DNA of 64,000 nucleotides from an uncultured Chloroflexia bacterium. Its GTDB lineage: Bacteria; Chloroflexota; Limnocylindria; Limnocylindrales; CSP1-4. Positions 30,933 to 40,496 of the stretch are shown here, one piece after another (the first letter of the stretch is position 1; each line of letters begins with the position of its first letter). Position numbers and translations under genes: made by a program. Location of the stretch: NCBI GenBank assembly GCA_963752475.1, contig CAVVYR010000026.1:39250-103249 (forward strand), written 5' to 3'. The notes under the pieces were generated by a model that saw only the letters and a program-made list of their open reading frames with translations, searched no databases and was not told where the DNA came from.

Positions 30933-31439
30933 CTACGCGAGCGTCGTGCGCCGCGTCAGCTTCCCGAATTGGGCCGGAACCCACCACTTGAGGAAGTAGA
31001 GCCGGCAGCCGAGGCAGTAGCCGGTCGCCGCAAGGACGGCCTGCAGTGCCCCGACTCCGGCCGCTACGACCCAGCCGGCCGTCGCGAAACCGAGGAGGAA
31101 CAGTGCGGTCGCGACGGTGAAGCCGATGAAGCCGAGAGCCTGAGCGAAGCGCGGAGGGAGTTCGTGCTCCAGCTCACTCGGCGGTGAGATGCGGAGTGTC
31201 TTGCGGACGATGGGCCAGGGGCGGCCCAGGATGGAGTAGCGCGTCCCGAAGAAGGCGCTGACGCCCAGAGCGACGGCCAGGAAGGCCACGACGATCGGTG
31301 CGCCCAGCAGCAGGCCGACACCCAGGATGACGACCGAGAGGGCGGCACCAAAGCGCATGCCACGCGGGTCGATCATGCGAGCGGCCTGCGGTTCTGGCTT
31401 CGGGGCTGGCGTTCCGGTGGTCGCGGTCGTCGCGGTCAT
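30933..31439 (-). CDS. DUF4395 family membrane protein
   Basis: IDPRGMRF, PPRFAQALG and GYCLGCRLY motifs. Confidence 0.88.
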   Translation of the reverse strand: MTATTATTGTPAPKPEPQAARMIDPRGMRFGAALSVVILGVGLLLGAPIVVAFLAVALGVSAFFGTRYSILGRPWPIVRKTLRISPPSELEHELPPRFAQALGFIGFTVATALFLLGFATAGWVVAAGVGALQAVLAATGYCLGCRLYFLKWWVPAQFGKLTRRTTLA

Positions 31440-31566
31440 CGGGATCTCCTCGGTGTCGTGCGGGCTATCGGTTCCTGCGTTGCCCCAAAGGTAAGCGCGC
31501 TGGTATGGCATGTCTAATCGAATTGTGCGACCCTTGTGATCGATTGAGCCGTTCACTCAACGTGGA

Positions 31567-32493
31567 GTGGTCATGGATGTCCCGCGCCTGGAAGCGTTCC
31601 TCGAGGTCGCCCGACTGGGGTCCATGCGTGCCGCTGCCCGCTCGTTGCATCTGGGTCAGCCGGCGCTGTCGGCGCGGATCGTGGCGCTGGAGGACGAGCT
31701 GGGGGCGAAGGTCTTCGAGCGCACCAAGCGCGGGGTCCGGCTGACGCTCGCGGGCCGGGCGCTGGTGCCGCATGCCGAGCGGACGCTCGAGGCCATCGAG
31801 GCGGGTCGGTCGGCCGTGAGCCAGGTGGAGCAGGGTGATGACGGTGAGCTGATCATCGCGGCCGCCTCGGCCATCAATGCCTCGGTCGTGCCGGAGCTGG
31901 TGGCGCGGTTTCGCCGTTATCACCCGGGCGTGCACCTGTACGTTCGCACCGGGCACCCCGAGCGGATCGCGGAGCTCGTAGCCTTCGGGAGTGCCCAGCT
32001 GGGGTTGCTGCGGGAGGCGGCGCCATCGCGTGACCCGCGGCTGACGGTCACGCCGCTGTACCAGGAGTCGCTGATGCTGACGGCTCGGCCGGAGCACCCA
32101 TTCGTGGCCGAGGGACCGATCCCCCTGGCGCGGCTGGCCGACGCGACGCTGGTGTCATACGACCGCGGTTCGGACGACTACGAGGCGACGCAGTCGATGC
32201 TGCGCGAGGCTGGCGTGACCCCCTATGGCGTCATCGAGGTCGACTCGGTCGACACGGCGCGACGCTTGACCGAGCGTGGTCTGGGCGTGGCCTTCCTGCC
32301 TTCGACCTCAGCCGTGCCGGAGATCGAGGCCAGGAAGCTGGTCGCCGTGGGTGTGTCTGACGTGGCCCTGGTGCCGCGGCGCGTGGTGGCCCTGGAGCGC
32401 GCCGAGCCCTCGACTTGGGCGCCGGTGGAGACGATGCGCAAGCTGCTCGCGGATGTGGCCACCTTCGTGCCTGGGGCGGATAGGGTTGTCTGA
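31567..32493 (+). CDS. LysR family transcriptional regulator
   Basis: GSMRAAARSLHLGQPALSARIVALEDELG..FER..LTLAG. Confidence 0.92.
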   Translation: MVMDVPRLEAFLEVARLGSMRAAARSLHLGQPALSARIVALEDELGAKVFERTKRGVRLTLAGRALVPHAERTLEAIEAGRSAVSQVEQGDDGELIIAAASAINASVVPELVARFRRYHPGVHLYVRTGHPERIAELVAFGSAQLGLLREAAPSRDPRLTVTPLYQESLMLTARPEHPFVAEGPIPLARLADATLVSYDRGSDDYEATQSMLREAGVTPYGVIEVDSVDTARRLTERGLGVAFLPSTSAVPEIEARKLVAVGVSDVALVPRRVVALERAEPSTWAPVETMRKLLADVATFVPGADRVV

Positions 32494-32550
32494 CTCGCGA
32501 GCCTGAGTCATACTTCGCTGACCAGATATGTATCAGAGACGAAGGTAGGT

Positions 32551-32811
32551 ATGCCGAGCAAGGTCGGCGAGCGCGGACAGATCACCATCGAGAAGGGCAT
32601 CCGCGAGGAGCTGGGCGTGTATGCCGGCGATCAGGCCGTGCAGTGGATCGAGGATGGGCACCTGGTGGTCACCTTCGTGCCGGCGCCGCACCGTCGTTCG
32701 CTCTTCGGGATCCTGGCCGACAAGATCACGAAACGACCAGACAACGAGGACGACTGGAGCGCCCTCATCGAAGATGTCCGAAGTACGCCGGACCCGGATC
32801 GAGACTGGTGA
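32551..32811 (+). CDS. AbrB/MazE/SpoVT antitoxin
   Basis: KVGERGQITI.K.IREELGV..GD motif; overlaps the PIN gene. Confidence 0.85.
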   Translation: MPSKVGERGQITIEKGIREELGVYAGDQAVQWIEDGHLVVTFVPAPHRRSLFGILADKITKRPDNEDDWSALIEDVRSTPDPDRDW

Positions 32812-33203
32812 TCGCACTCGACACCTCTGTGGTCGTGCGCTATCTCGTGGGCGTACCGGTCGACCAGGCGTTGCGCGCACGTTCCTTCATCGATGGCCAC
32901 GAGTTGGTGGGCGTGTCGACGTTGGTGCTGCTCGAGGCGGGCTATGCCCTCCGATCGAAGTACGGCGTCAGCCGCCAAGACACGGTCGAGGCGCTCCTGG
33001 AATTCGTCACGAGCGAGAACGTCGAGATCCTTGGGCTGCCCAAGGATCTCACCGTCAACGCGCTGGCACGAGCGCGCGAGCATGGAGGCGCTCCGTTCGC
33101 TGATGCGTTGATCGTCGCGATCGCCGACGTGGCTGGTGCGGACTCGATCGCCACCTTCGACCGCAAGATGCAGCGTCATGGCCTTCCCATCGTCGAGCCG
33201 TAG
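32808..33203 (+). CDS. PIN-domain VapC toxin
   Basis: IALDTSVVVRYL, LLE, FADALI and ATFDR motifs. Confidence 0.88.
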   Translation: MIALDTSVVVRYLVGVPVDQALRARSFIDGHELVGVSTLVLLEAGYALRSKYGVSRQDTVEALLEFVTSENVEILGLPKDLTVNALARAREHGGAPFADALIVAIADVAGADSIATFDRKMQRHGLPIVEP

Positions 33204-33212
33204 GCGCGACGC

Positions 33213-35228
33213 GTGATCGATACCGGACGCATCCTCGAAGGCCTGAACGACGAGCAGCGGCAGGCCGTGCAGACCACCTCTGGCCCCGTGGCGATCATCG
33301 CGGGAGCGGGGAGTGGCAAGACGCGGGTCGTGAGCCACCGGACGGCATATGCCGTGGCGACCGGGGTCGTGCCGGAGAACCAGGTGCTGCTGGTGACCTT
33401 CACCGAGAAGGCCGCCGGTGAGATGGCCGCGCGTGTGCGGGGGCTGGGCTTGGGTCGGGTGATGGCACGGACGTTCCACTCAGCAGCGTTGGCACAGCTG
33501 CGCTATTTCTGGCCCTCGCGCCACGACGGGGCCGACCTGCCGGAGGTGCTGGCGGACAAGTGGCGCATCGTGGCACCGCTGGCCCGGTCGTTGCCCGGTG
33601 GCTATCGCTTCACGCCCACCAAGGACCTGATGGATGAGATCGAGTGGGCCAAGAGCCGGCGCATCACGCCCTCGACGTATCAGCAGCTGGCGCTGGGACG
33701 AACGCCACCAACGACGCCGGACCTGTTCGTGCGCCTCTTCCACGACTACGAGCGGATGAAGGAGCGGCGGGGCCTGATGGACTTCGACGACATCCTGGGG
33801 CTCACCGTGGAGCTGCTGGAGACCGACGAGGAGGCGGCCTTCGCGGTGCGCTCGCGCTACTCGTGGTTCACGGTCGACGAGTATCAGGACACCACGCCGC
33901 TGCAGGCTCGGCTGCTGGAGCTGTGGTTGGGCGACCGCGATGACATCTGTGTCGTGGGTGACGAGGACCAGACGATCTACACCTTCGCGGGGGCCACGCC
34001 CGAGCACCTGATGGGGTTCGCGCGGCGCCACCCGGGGGCCGTGGTGTTGCCGCTGCTCACGAACTACCGATCGTCACCACAGGTGCTTTCCTTTGCTAAC
34101 AACCTACTCGCTTCGACGGGCTCATCGAAGAAGCTCGTGGCCACGCAAGAGGAGGGGCCCGAGCCGACGGTGGCGGTCTATGGCTCAGCCGCGGAGGAAG
34201 AGGCTGCGATCGTGGCCAGGGTGAAGGCCCTCATCGCGGAGGGTGCAGCCGCCGACGAGATCGCGGTGCTGCTGCGGCTGAACGCACAGACCGCTGGCTT
34301 CGAGGCCGCCTTTGCGCGTGAGGGCATCGCCTATCAACTGCGCGGGAAGCGCTTCTTCGAGCGACGTGAGGTGCAGGCGGCGATCCGGGCGCTCGAGCGG
34401 GTGCCGGACGACATCGAGGGCGAGGAGTTGATGGCCGCGGTTCGAGCGGTCTGGGATCGGCAGCTCGGGTTCGACCCCGACGACGAGCCCGAGGGACGCG
34501 AGGGACGGGAGCGGCACGCCACCCTCTCGACGCTGCTTACGATCGTCTCCGGGCTGGCGCTGTCCGAGGATGGCGCCGATCGGGACGATGTCGTGGCTTC
34601 ACTATCAGAGCGGGCGAGCCGAGAGCAGGCGGACGACGCCGGGGGCGTGGAACTGCTGACTCTTCATCGGGCCAAGGGGCTCGAGTGGGATGCGGTGTTC
34701 ATCCCCATGCTCGAAGAGGGCTCGCTGCCGGTGAGCCAGGCCGGGGACGACGAGGATGCGCTGGCCGAGGAGCGGCGGTTGCTCTACGTCGGCATCACGC
34801 GAGCTCGGCGCCGCCTGGCGCTGTCGTGGGCTCGGCAGCGGCTGTCGACCAAGGGCAGCCCCCAGAACCGCAAGCCATCGCGGTTCCTCTCGGCGTTGGG
34901 GGTGTCGGGCCCAGCGATCGTGCCGGCGTCGGCGTCTCGGCCCGGGCCGCGGGAGCGTCAGCCGGCGGGTGCGGCACGAGCACGGTTGGGCGCGGATGAC
35001 CAGGTCCTGTTCGACGCGCTTCGGGCGTGGCGGCTGGAGAAGGCACGCGAGGAGAAGGTATCGCCCTTCATCGTGGCCTACGACACCGTCATCGCCGAGA
35101 TCGCCGAGCGTCGGCCGCAGACCGAGGCGGAGCTGCTGACGGTCGCCGGCATCGGCCCGGGCAAGGTCGAGAAGTACGGTGAGGACATCCTCTCCATCGT
35201 GGCCGAGGGCGTTGACCCGGAGGGCTGA
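33213..35228 (+). CDS. uvrD2: ATP-dependent DNA helicase UvrD2 with C-terminal HRDC
   Basis: AGAGSGKT, VDEYQD, NYRS, TLHRAKGLEW and YVGITRA motifs; HRDC (LFDALRAWR..GIGPGKVEKYG). Confidence 0.88.
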   Translation: MIDTGRILEGLNDEQRQAVQTTSGPVAIIAGAGSGKTRVVSHRTAYAVATGVVPENQVLLVTFTEKAAGEMAARVRGLGLGRVMARTFHSAALAQLRYFWPSRHDGADLPEVLADKWRIVAPLARSLPGGYRFTPTKDLMDEIEWAKSRRITPSTYQQLALGRTPPTTPDLFVRLFHDYERMKERRGLMDFDDILGLTVELLETDEEAAFAVRSRYSWFTVDEYQDTTPLQARLLELWLGDRDDICVVGDEDQTIYTFAGATPEHLMGFARRHPGAVVLPLLTNYRSSPQVLSFANNLLASTGSSKKLVATQEEGPEPTVAVYGSAAEEEAAIVARVKALIAEGAAADEIAVLLRLNAQTAGFEAAFAREGIAYQLRGKRFFERREVQAAIRALERVPDDIEGEELMAAVRAVWDRQLGFDPDDEPEGREGRERHATLSTLLTIVSGLALSEDGADRDDVVASLSERASREQADDAGGVELLTLHRAKGLEWDAVFIPMLEEGSLPVSQAGDDEDALAEERRLLYVGITRARRRLALSWARQRLSTKGSPQNRKPSRFLSALGVSGPAIVPASASRPGPRERQPAGAARARLGADDQVLFDALRAWRLEKAREEKVSPFIVAYDTVIAEIAERRPQTEAELLTVAGIGPGKVEKYGEDILSIVAEGVDPEG

Positions 35229-35250
35229 ACCAACTAGTCTGTCAACCAGT

Positions 35251-35502
35251 ATGAAGACGGAAACAAGGACCGTGGGCGCGTTCGAGGCCAAGACGCGCCT
35301 GTCGGAGCTACTCGACCTGGCCGCGATGGGTGAGCGCTTCACGATCACGAAGCGCGGCAAGCCCGTTGCGATGCTCGTGCCTCTCGAGAAGGAGCGTCGC
35401 AGGAGCCCGGCGGAGGCCGTGGACGTGATCCGAGCCGCTCGCGTCGGCGCGAGCCTCGGAGACGACACGCTTCGTGACCTGATCGATGACGGCCGCCGAT
35501 GA
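35251..35502 (+). CDS. Phd/YefM antitoxin
   Basis: VGAFEAKTRLSELLD..GE..TITKRGKPVA motif. Confidence 0.9.
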   Translation: MKTETRTVGAFEAKTRLSELLDLAAMGERFTITKRGKPVAMLVPLEKERRRSPAEAVDVIRAARVGASLGDDTLRDLIDDGRR

Positions 35503-35919
35503 AGCCAGGTCTCGTGATCGACGCTTCGATCTCGGGAAGCTGGTGCTTCCCGGAGGAAGCTACGCCCCTGTCGGAAGCAGCCCTTGAGGTCGTTGCCCGC
35601 GAAGGCGCGCTGGTGCCGACCCTCTGGCTGTTCGAGATGGCCAGCATCCTCGCGATCGGAGAGCGCCGCAGTCGGATCGACGGTGCGGCAGCCGCCACGA
35701 TCCGGGACGCCCTTGCGGACCTGCCGATCGAGTTGGATCAGACACGGACGCTTCGTGCGCGTCAACACGCTCGTCGAGCTCGCGCAGGAGAGCGGTCTCA
35801 CCCCGTACGACGCGGCGTACCTCGAGCTCTCGATGCGAACCAGCTCGGTGCTGGCGACTCGAGATGCGGCTCTGGAGCGAGCCGCGCGCCATGCAGGAGT
35901 GCCGCTGTTCTCGGTCTAG
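35499..35919 (+). CDS. PIN-domain VapC toxin; frameshift near 35755
   Basis: VIDAS..E..W.FE in the first frame; LTPYDAAYLEL..LATRD in the second. Confidence 0.85.
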
Positions 35920-35974
35920 CGAGCAGTTCGCCCATACCCGTACTGCCGTGGAGGGAAGCGACCGCGGGTAGTCG

Positions 35975-37498
35975 CTACAGGTTCACCAGCACCAGGGCCA
36001 CGATACCTGCGGCGATGACGAGCGGGATGACGACCGGCAGCGTGCGGCGGAGGATCTCGTTCTCCCGACCGGCGAGGGCGACGATGGCGGCAGCGGCGAT
36101 GAGGTTGTGCGGGGCGATGGCGTTGCCGAGTGCCGCGCCCAGGCCCTGCGCGCCAAGGATCGTGGCCACGTCCTGACCGATGGCCGTGGCCGTCGCCACC
36201 TGCAGATCGGAGAAGAGCGCGTTGGACGCCGTGGCCGAGCCGGTCACGAACGTCCCGAGCGCACCGACCGCTGGCGCCAGCAACGGCCAGGCCCCGCCGA
36301 GCGCGTCGGCCGCGGCTGCTGCGATGGCGTCGACCATGCCGGCGTGAACGAGGATCCGGGCCAGGCCGAGCATGGCGATGAGCGCGGCACCCACGGGGAT
36401 CAGCGTCCGACCAGCGCCACCGAGCGCAGCGCTCATCTGGGCGGGTCGGGCGCCCTGAACGAGGGCACCACCGAGGAACGCGAGGAACAGCATCGTGCCC
36501 GGGTGGTAGAACGGCTGGAATGAGCCGCTGAAGGTGCCGTCGGCCGCTTCCCAGGTGATGGCCATGCCCTGAAGCCATTCCTGGAGCGGTCCCACCAGCC
36601 GCGTCACGAGCACCAGGGCCACGAGGATGAGATACGGCGCCATGGCCCGAGTCAGTGACATACCGGCAGGCGTGTCGATCTCTGGCAGGGCGCCGACGTT
36701 GCGGCGTCGGATGAACAGGATGAAGGCCGCGCCGCCCACGATGGCCCCGCCGAGGGTCGGCAGCTCGGGCCCGACGAAGAAGGCGATCAGCGTGTAGGGC
36801 ACGAGGAACGCGACCGCGGCGCCGACGCCAAGTGCCAACCGGGTCGGCAGCGGCTGCGGGGACTCGTCGGCATACGCGCGGGCGATGAGGACGGCCACGA
36901 CGATGGGGATGACCCAGCCGACGATTGAGGCCTGCACCGCCATCGCCGAGGAGATCTCGAGCGGGTCCAGGCCCGACGCGGCGACCATGGGCACGACCGG
37001 CGTGCCGACGGCGCCGAAGGTGACGCCGAGGATGTGGCCGACCATCGCGGCTGTGACCGCGGCCACCGGGCCCATGCCGATGGCGATGAGGAAGGGTGCG
37101 GCGAGCGCGGCGGAGGTGCCGAAGCCGGCCGCGCCCTCGAGCAGCAACGCGAAGAACCAGGCCACTACGAGCGCGGTCAGGCGTGGGTCGCTCGAGAGCT
37201 GAGTCAGCCCGGTGCGGAGGCTGTCGACGGCGCCGGTCTCGGTCTGCAGCCGGTAGATCGCGAGCGCCGGCAGGATGATCCACAGGATCGTGAGAGCGAT
37301 GAAGACCGCCTCGGCGGCGGCGCCCGCGATGCCCACGACGATCCCGCCGGGGACGTCCTCGAACGGGAAGAGCAAGACCGCGATGACGAGCGCCACGACC
37401 AGCCCTGCGGCGCCGGCACGCACGGCCGGCCAGCGTGCGACCAGCATGAGGATCAGCACGACGGCGATGGGGATGAGGGCGATGAGCGCCTCGATCAT
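35975..37498 (-). CDS. L-lactate permease family protein
   Basis: LLEGAAGFGT, FGAVGTP, GPELP and GTFVTGSATASNALF motifs. Confidence 0.9.
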   Translation of the reverse strand: MIEALIALIPIAVVLILMLVARWPAVRAGAAGLVVALVIAVLLFPFEDVPGGIVVGIAGAAAEAVFIALTILWIILPALAIYRLQTETGAVDSLRTGLTQLSSDPRLTALVVAWFFALLLEGAAGFGTSAALAAPFLIAIGMGPVAAVTAAMVGHILGVTFGAVGTPVVPMVAASGLDPLEISSAMAVQASIVGWVIPIVVAVLIARAYADESPQPLPTRLALGVGAAVAFLVPYTLIAFFVGPELPTLGGAIVGGAAFILFIRRRNVGALPEIDTPAGMSLTRAMAPYLILVALVLVTRLVGPLQEWLQGMAITWEAADGTFSGSFQPFYHPGTMLFLAFLGGALVQGARPAQMSAALGGAGRTLIPVGAALIAMLGLARILVHAGMVDAIAAAAADALGGAWPLLAPAVGALGTFVTGSATASNALFSDLQVATATAIGQDVATILGAQGLGAALGNAIAPHNLIAAAAIVALAGRENEILRRTLPVVIPLVIAAGIVALVLVNL

Positions 37499-37616
37499 CG
37501 GGCGCGCGGGCAGTGGGTCAAGGTTCGCGGGGCTCCGTGGCCGCGCCGCTCGGAGCTGCGGCGCGAGTCAGTGCCCATGATGCAGCGTCGAACGCGAAGG
37601 TGTCCCTGCCGAGGGT

Positions 37617-38167
37617 CTACGGACGGATGGTCCGTTCCGCCTCGAGCGCCGCGAGCCAGGCCTTGGCAGGACGGCCGTCGACGAGGTCCGTGCTCGCGTC
37701 GAAGGGACGACCGAGCGCGTGACGCGTGGTGTAGTCGGCGTTGATGAACCAGAAGAGCCGAGGGTCGGCGCTGATCGCGACGTCGATGCCGGCCTCACGG
37801 AGGCTTGCCACGCCGCTCCCACGGACGCGCGGATGCGGGTCGATCTGGCCGACGACGACCCTGCCGATGCCCGCTTCGATGATGGCGCCGGTGCACGGCG
37901 GGTGGCGCTTCTCGGGCGCGTCGTAGCCGCAGGGCTCCAGGTTGCAGAAGAGCGTGGCGCCCGTAGCCCGCGCGCCGGCATCGACGAGGGCGAGCGGCTC
38001 CGCGTGGGGTCCGCCGTGGGTCGCGTGGTAGCCGCGGCCGATGATCGTGTCGGTGTCCGGGTCGACGACGATGGCACCGACGAGCGGGTCGGGCTCGACC
38101 GCACCCTGGGCCTGCCGGGCGAGGCGGAGCGTCTCCTCGAGGAAGCGCTGGTCGAGTGTCGTTAGCG
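37617..38167 (-). CDS. RibD-type deaminase domain only; start unclear
   Basis: PDPLVGA, GPHAE, NLEPC..PPC and DPHPRVRGSG motifs. No reductase domain; no canonical start after the upstream stop. Confidence 0.65.
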
Positions 38168-38170
38168 TAG

Positions 38171-38911
38171 CTATCGGTATTCGGGGTTGGGGTGGTCGAA
38201 GCGGGCGCCGGAGTCCCACAGCGAGCGTTGGTTGCCGTGAGCGGGGATGCCGCCTGCGTCCTTGAGCATGCGCGCGAGGTGCATGAGGTTCCAGGTCATG
38301 AACGTGGTGTTGCGCTGGGTGAACTCGTTCTCCGGGCCGCCGGATCCGGGATCGAGGTAGCTGGGACCTGGGCCTGCTTCACCGAGCCAGGCGGCGTCCG
38401 CTTGGGGCGGGATGGCGTAGCCCAGGTGCTGCAGCGAATAGAGGATGTTCATGGCGCAGTGCTTGGCGCCGTCCTCGTTGCCGGTGATCACGCAGCCGCC
38501 GACCTTGCCGTAGTAGTCGTACTGGCCCTCGTCGTTGAGTTCGCCCGAGCTCGCGTAGAGGCGCTCGATGACCTGCGTGCACACGCTCGACTTGTCGCCC
38601 AGCCAGATGGGCGTGCCGATGACGAGGATGTCCGCAGCCTGGACGCGCTCATAGATAGCGGGCCACTCATCGACGTCCCAGCCGTGGTCGGTCATGTCCG
38701 GGTAGACGCCGTGAGCGATGTCGTGGTCGACCGGGCGGACGTGGTCGACGGTCACGCCCTGCTTCTCCATGATCGCCTGCACGACGTCGAGGAGGCCGTC
38801 CGTGTGTGACTGCTCCGGGCTCTTCTTGAGCGTGCAGTTGAGGAAGACCGCCCGCAGGTCGTCGTAGGTCGCGGGTGGCGTCGGTTCGGTCTGGCCGCGG
38901 GTCTCGGGCAT
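38171..38911 (-). CDS. Flavodoxin-like (NADPH-dependent FMN reductase family) protein
   Basis: NCTLKKSP..SHT, GTPIWLG and TGNEDG motifs. Confidence 0.88.
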   Translation of the reverse strand: MPETRGQTEPTPPATYDDLRAVFLNCTLKKSPEQSHTDGLLDVVQAIMEKQGVTVDHVRPVDHDIAHGVYPDMTDHGWDVDEWPAIYERVQAADILVIGTPIWLGDKSSVCTQVIERLYASSGELNDEGQYDYYGKVGGCVITGNEDGAKHCAMNILYSLQHLGYAIPPQADAAWLGEAGPGPSYLDPGSGGPENEFTQRNTTFMTWNLMHLARMLKDAGGIPAHGNQRSLWDSGARFDHPNPEYR

Positions 38912-38993
38912 CAGGCAACTCCTCCGGTTTCCGATGAGCGTAGCAAGCGGGGTGTCACGAGCCCGTGACCCGGCATGCGTCGGCAGCCGAAGC

Positions 38994-39638
38994 CTACGTG
39001 CGGATGATCCAGTCGGGTTCCGCGCTGCGCTCGTACACGAGGCGGGCATTCGGCAGATCGTTGCCCTCGAGCTTGTCGCGGATCATCTCCTCGGTGTAGT
39101 CATAGCCGACCCAGCGATCGCGGTTGCGCTGCTCGATGGTCTCCCACTCGGCCTTGACCAGCGCGGTGTGGTCGAAGAGGGGCAGCAGCGTCGGCCAGGG
39201 CTCGTCTTGGAGGAGCAGCCAGTTACCCTCGCTAACGATAAGGCGGACGGTGGGCTCGATGATGATGGCGCCGGCTCGGGCGATCTCGAGGTCGCGGTCG
39301 AAGCGGGGGACGGCGACGAAGGGCTCGTCGTTGGCGCGGATGCGGCGCAGCGCGGAGGCGTAGCCGCCGACGTCGAACGTGTGCGGGGCGCCCTTGCGGG
39401 GCCGCCAGCCACGGGGCACCAGCACCTCGTCGTCGAAGTGGTAGCCGTCCATGGGCAGCAGAGCGGTAGAGCCGGGTTCGACCTCGTTGAGGTGCTCGAT
39501 GAGGCGCGCGGCGATCGTGGACTTACCGCTGGCCGGAGCGCCGGCGATGGCGATGACCAACCGCTCGCGATCGGGGATAGCGGGCAGCAGCGACTCGACG
39601 TGGGCGATGAACTCGTCGGCGATGAACTCCTGATACAT
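38994..39638 (-). CDS. P-loop nucleoside/pantothenate-kinase-like protein (YggC/FrcK-like)
   Basis: AGAPASGKST, PMDGYH, KGAPHTFD and EGNWLL motifs. Confidence 0.85.
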   Translation of the reverse strand: MYQEFIADEFIAHVESLLPAIPDRERLVIAIAGAPASGKSTIAARLIEHLNEVEPGSTALLPMDGYHFDDEVLVPRGWRPRKGAPHTFDVGGYASALRRIRANDEPFVAVPRFDRDLEIARAGAIIIEPTVRLIVSEGNWLLLQDEPWPTLLPLFDHTALVKAEWETIEQRNRDRWVGYDYTEEMIRDKLEGNDLPNARLVYERSAEPDWIIRT

Positions 39639-39763
39639 ACACGGGATGGTAGCCGCCCGCACCGCAGCCAGCCTCATTAAGATGGGAGGGGAGTCCGTGG
39701 TCGGGGGTGTGGAGTGATCAGCATTGGAGCACGCGGCGTGGTCCGATTCGAAGGGAGGCGCGC

Positions 39764-40486
39764 GTGAGCGGGGCGGCACGTCTGATCTGGGTGGCCCTCG
39801 CGCTAGTCGTCGTGTTCATCGTGGCCTCGTTTCTCCTGCTCGATGGCGTGAGCCAGCTGCAACGGCGGCTCGAGGAGCTGCAGCCCGAACCGCCGCCTCC
39901 GACGCTGGCGCCGACACCTACGCCGAGCCCCACGCCAAGCCCGTCCCCCAGCCCCACGCCGAGCCCCACGCCGAGCCCCACGCCGAGCCCGTCGTTGTCG
40001 GCTGACCCGTTCGATCGGCTGCGATCCTTCGTGCCCATCGAGCTCCGCTCCACGTGTCGGGAGCTGCGCAGGGGTTTGCCGCCGAAGGCCCTTGCCGGCC
40101 TGCGTTGTCGCGACGTCGACGAGGTCGGCGACATCACGACCACGGTCGACTACTACGTGTTCGGCGATTTCGATGACATGCAGTACGCGTTCACGAGCTA
40201 TCGCGAGGCCACCGACATCACGAACAAGGGTGGAGCCTGCTTCGCTGGCGAGAGCGGGGAGTACACGCCCTATGGCGCAGGTGGCGCTGACGGTCCTATC
40301 GGCGAGGTCACCTGCTATATGCGGCGCGACTACCCGCAGGTTCGCTGGACGCACTGGGTCGATCTCGTGATGGCACGTGCCTACCGGGCTGAAGGCGAGC
40401 CAGTCGACGTGATGGAGTGGTTCCGGACCGGCGTGGCCGGGCCCTGCGACTGGGTCTGCCCAGAGGACGACCGCGAGCGTCCGTGA
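39764..40486 (+). CDS. Membrane-anchored hypothetical protein with Pro/Thr/Ser linker and Cys-rich extracellular domain
   Basis: N-terminal TM, (PTPS)n encoded by 12-nt repeats, several Cys. GGGAGG SD. Confidence 0.7.
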   Translation: MSGAARLIWVALALVVVFIVASFLLLDGVSQLQRRLEELQPEPPPPTLAPTPTPSPTPSPSPSPTPSPTPSPTPSPSLSADPFDRLRSFVPIELRSTCRELRRGLPPKALAGLRCRDVDEVGDITTTVDYYVFGDFDDMQYAFTSYREATDITNKGGACFAGESGEYTPYGAGGADGPIGEVTCYMRRDYPQVRWTHWVDLVMARAYRAEGEPVDVMEWFRTGVAGPCDWVCPEDDRERP

Positions 40487-40496
40487 TGGCGGCGCT

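Noticed and set aside
39905-39990. 12-nt tandem repeats (CCCCACGCCGAG)
   Set aside because: They encode an ordinary Pro/Thr/Ser linker within a CDS.
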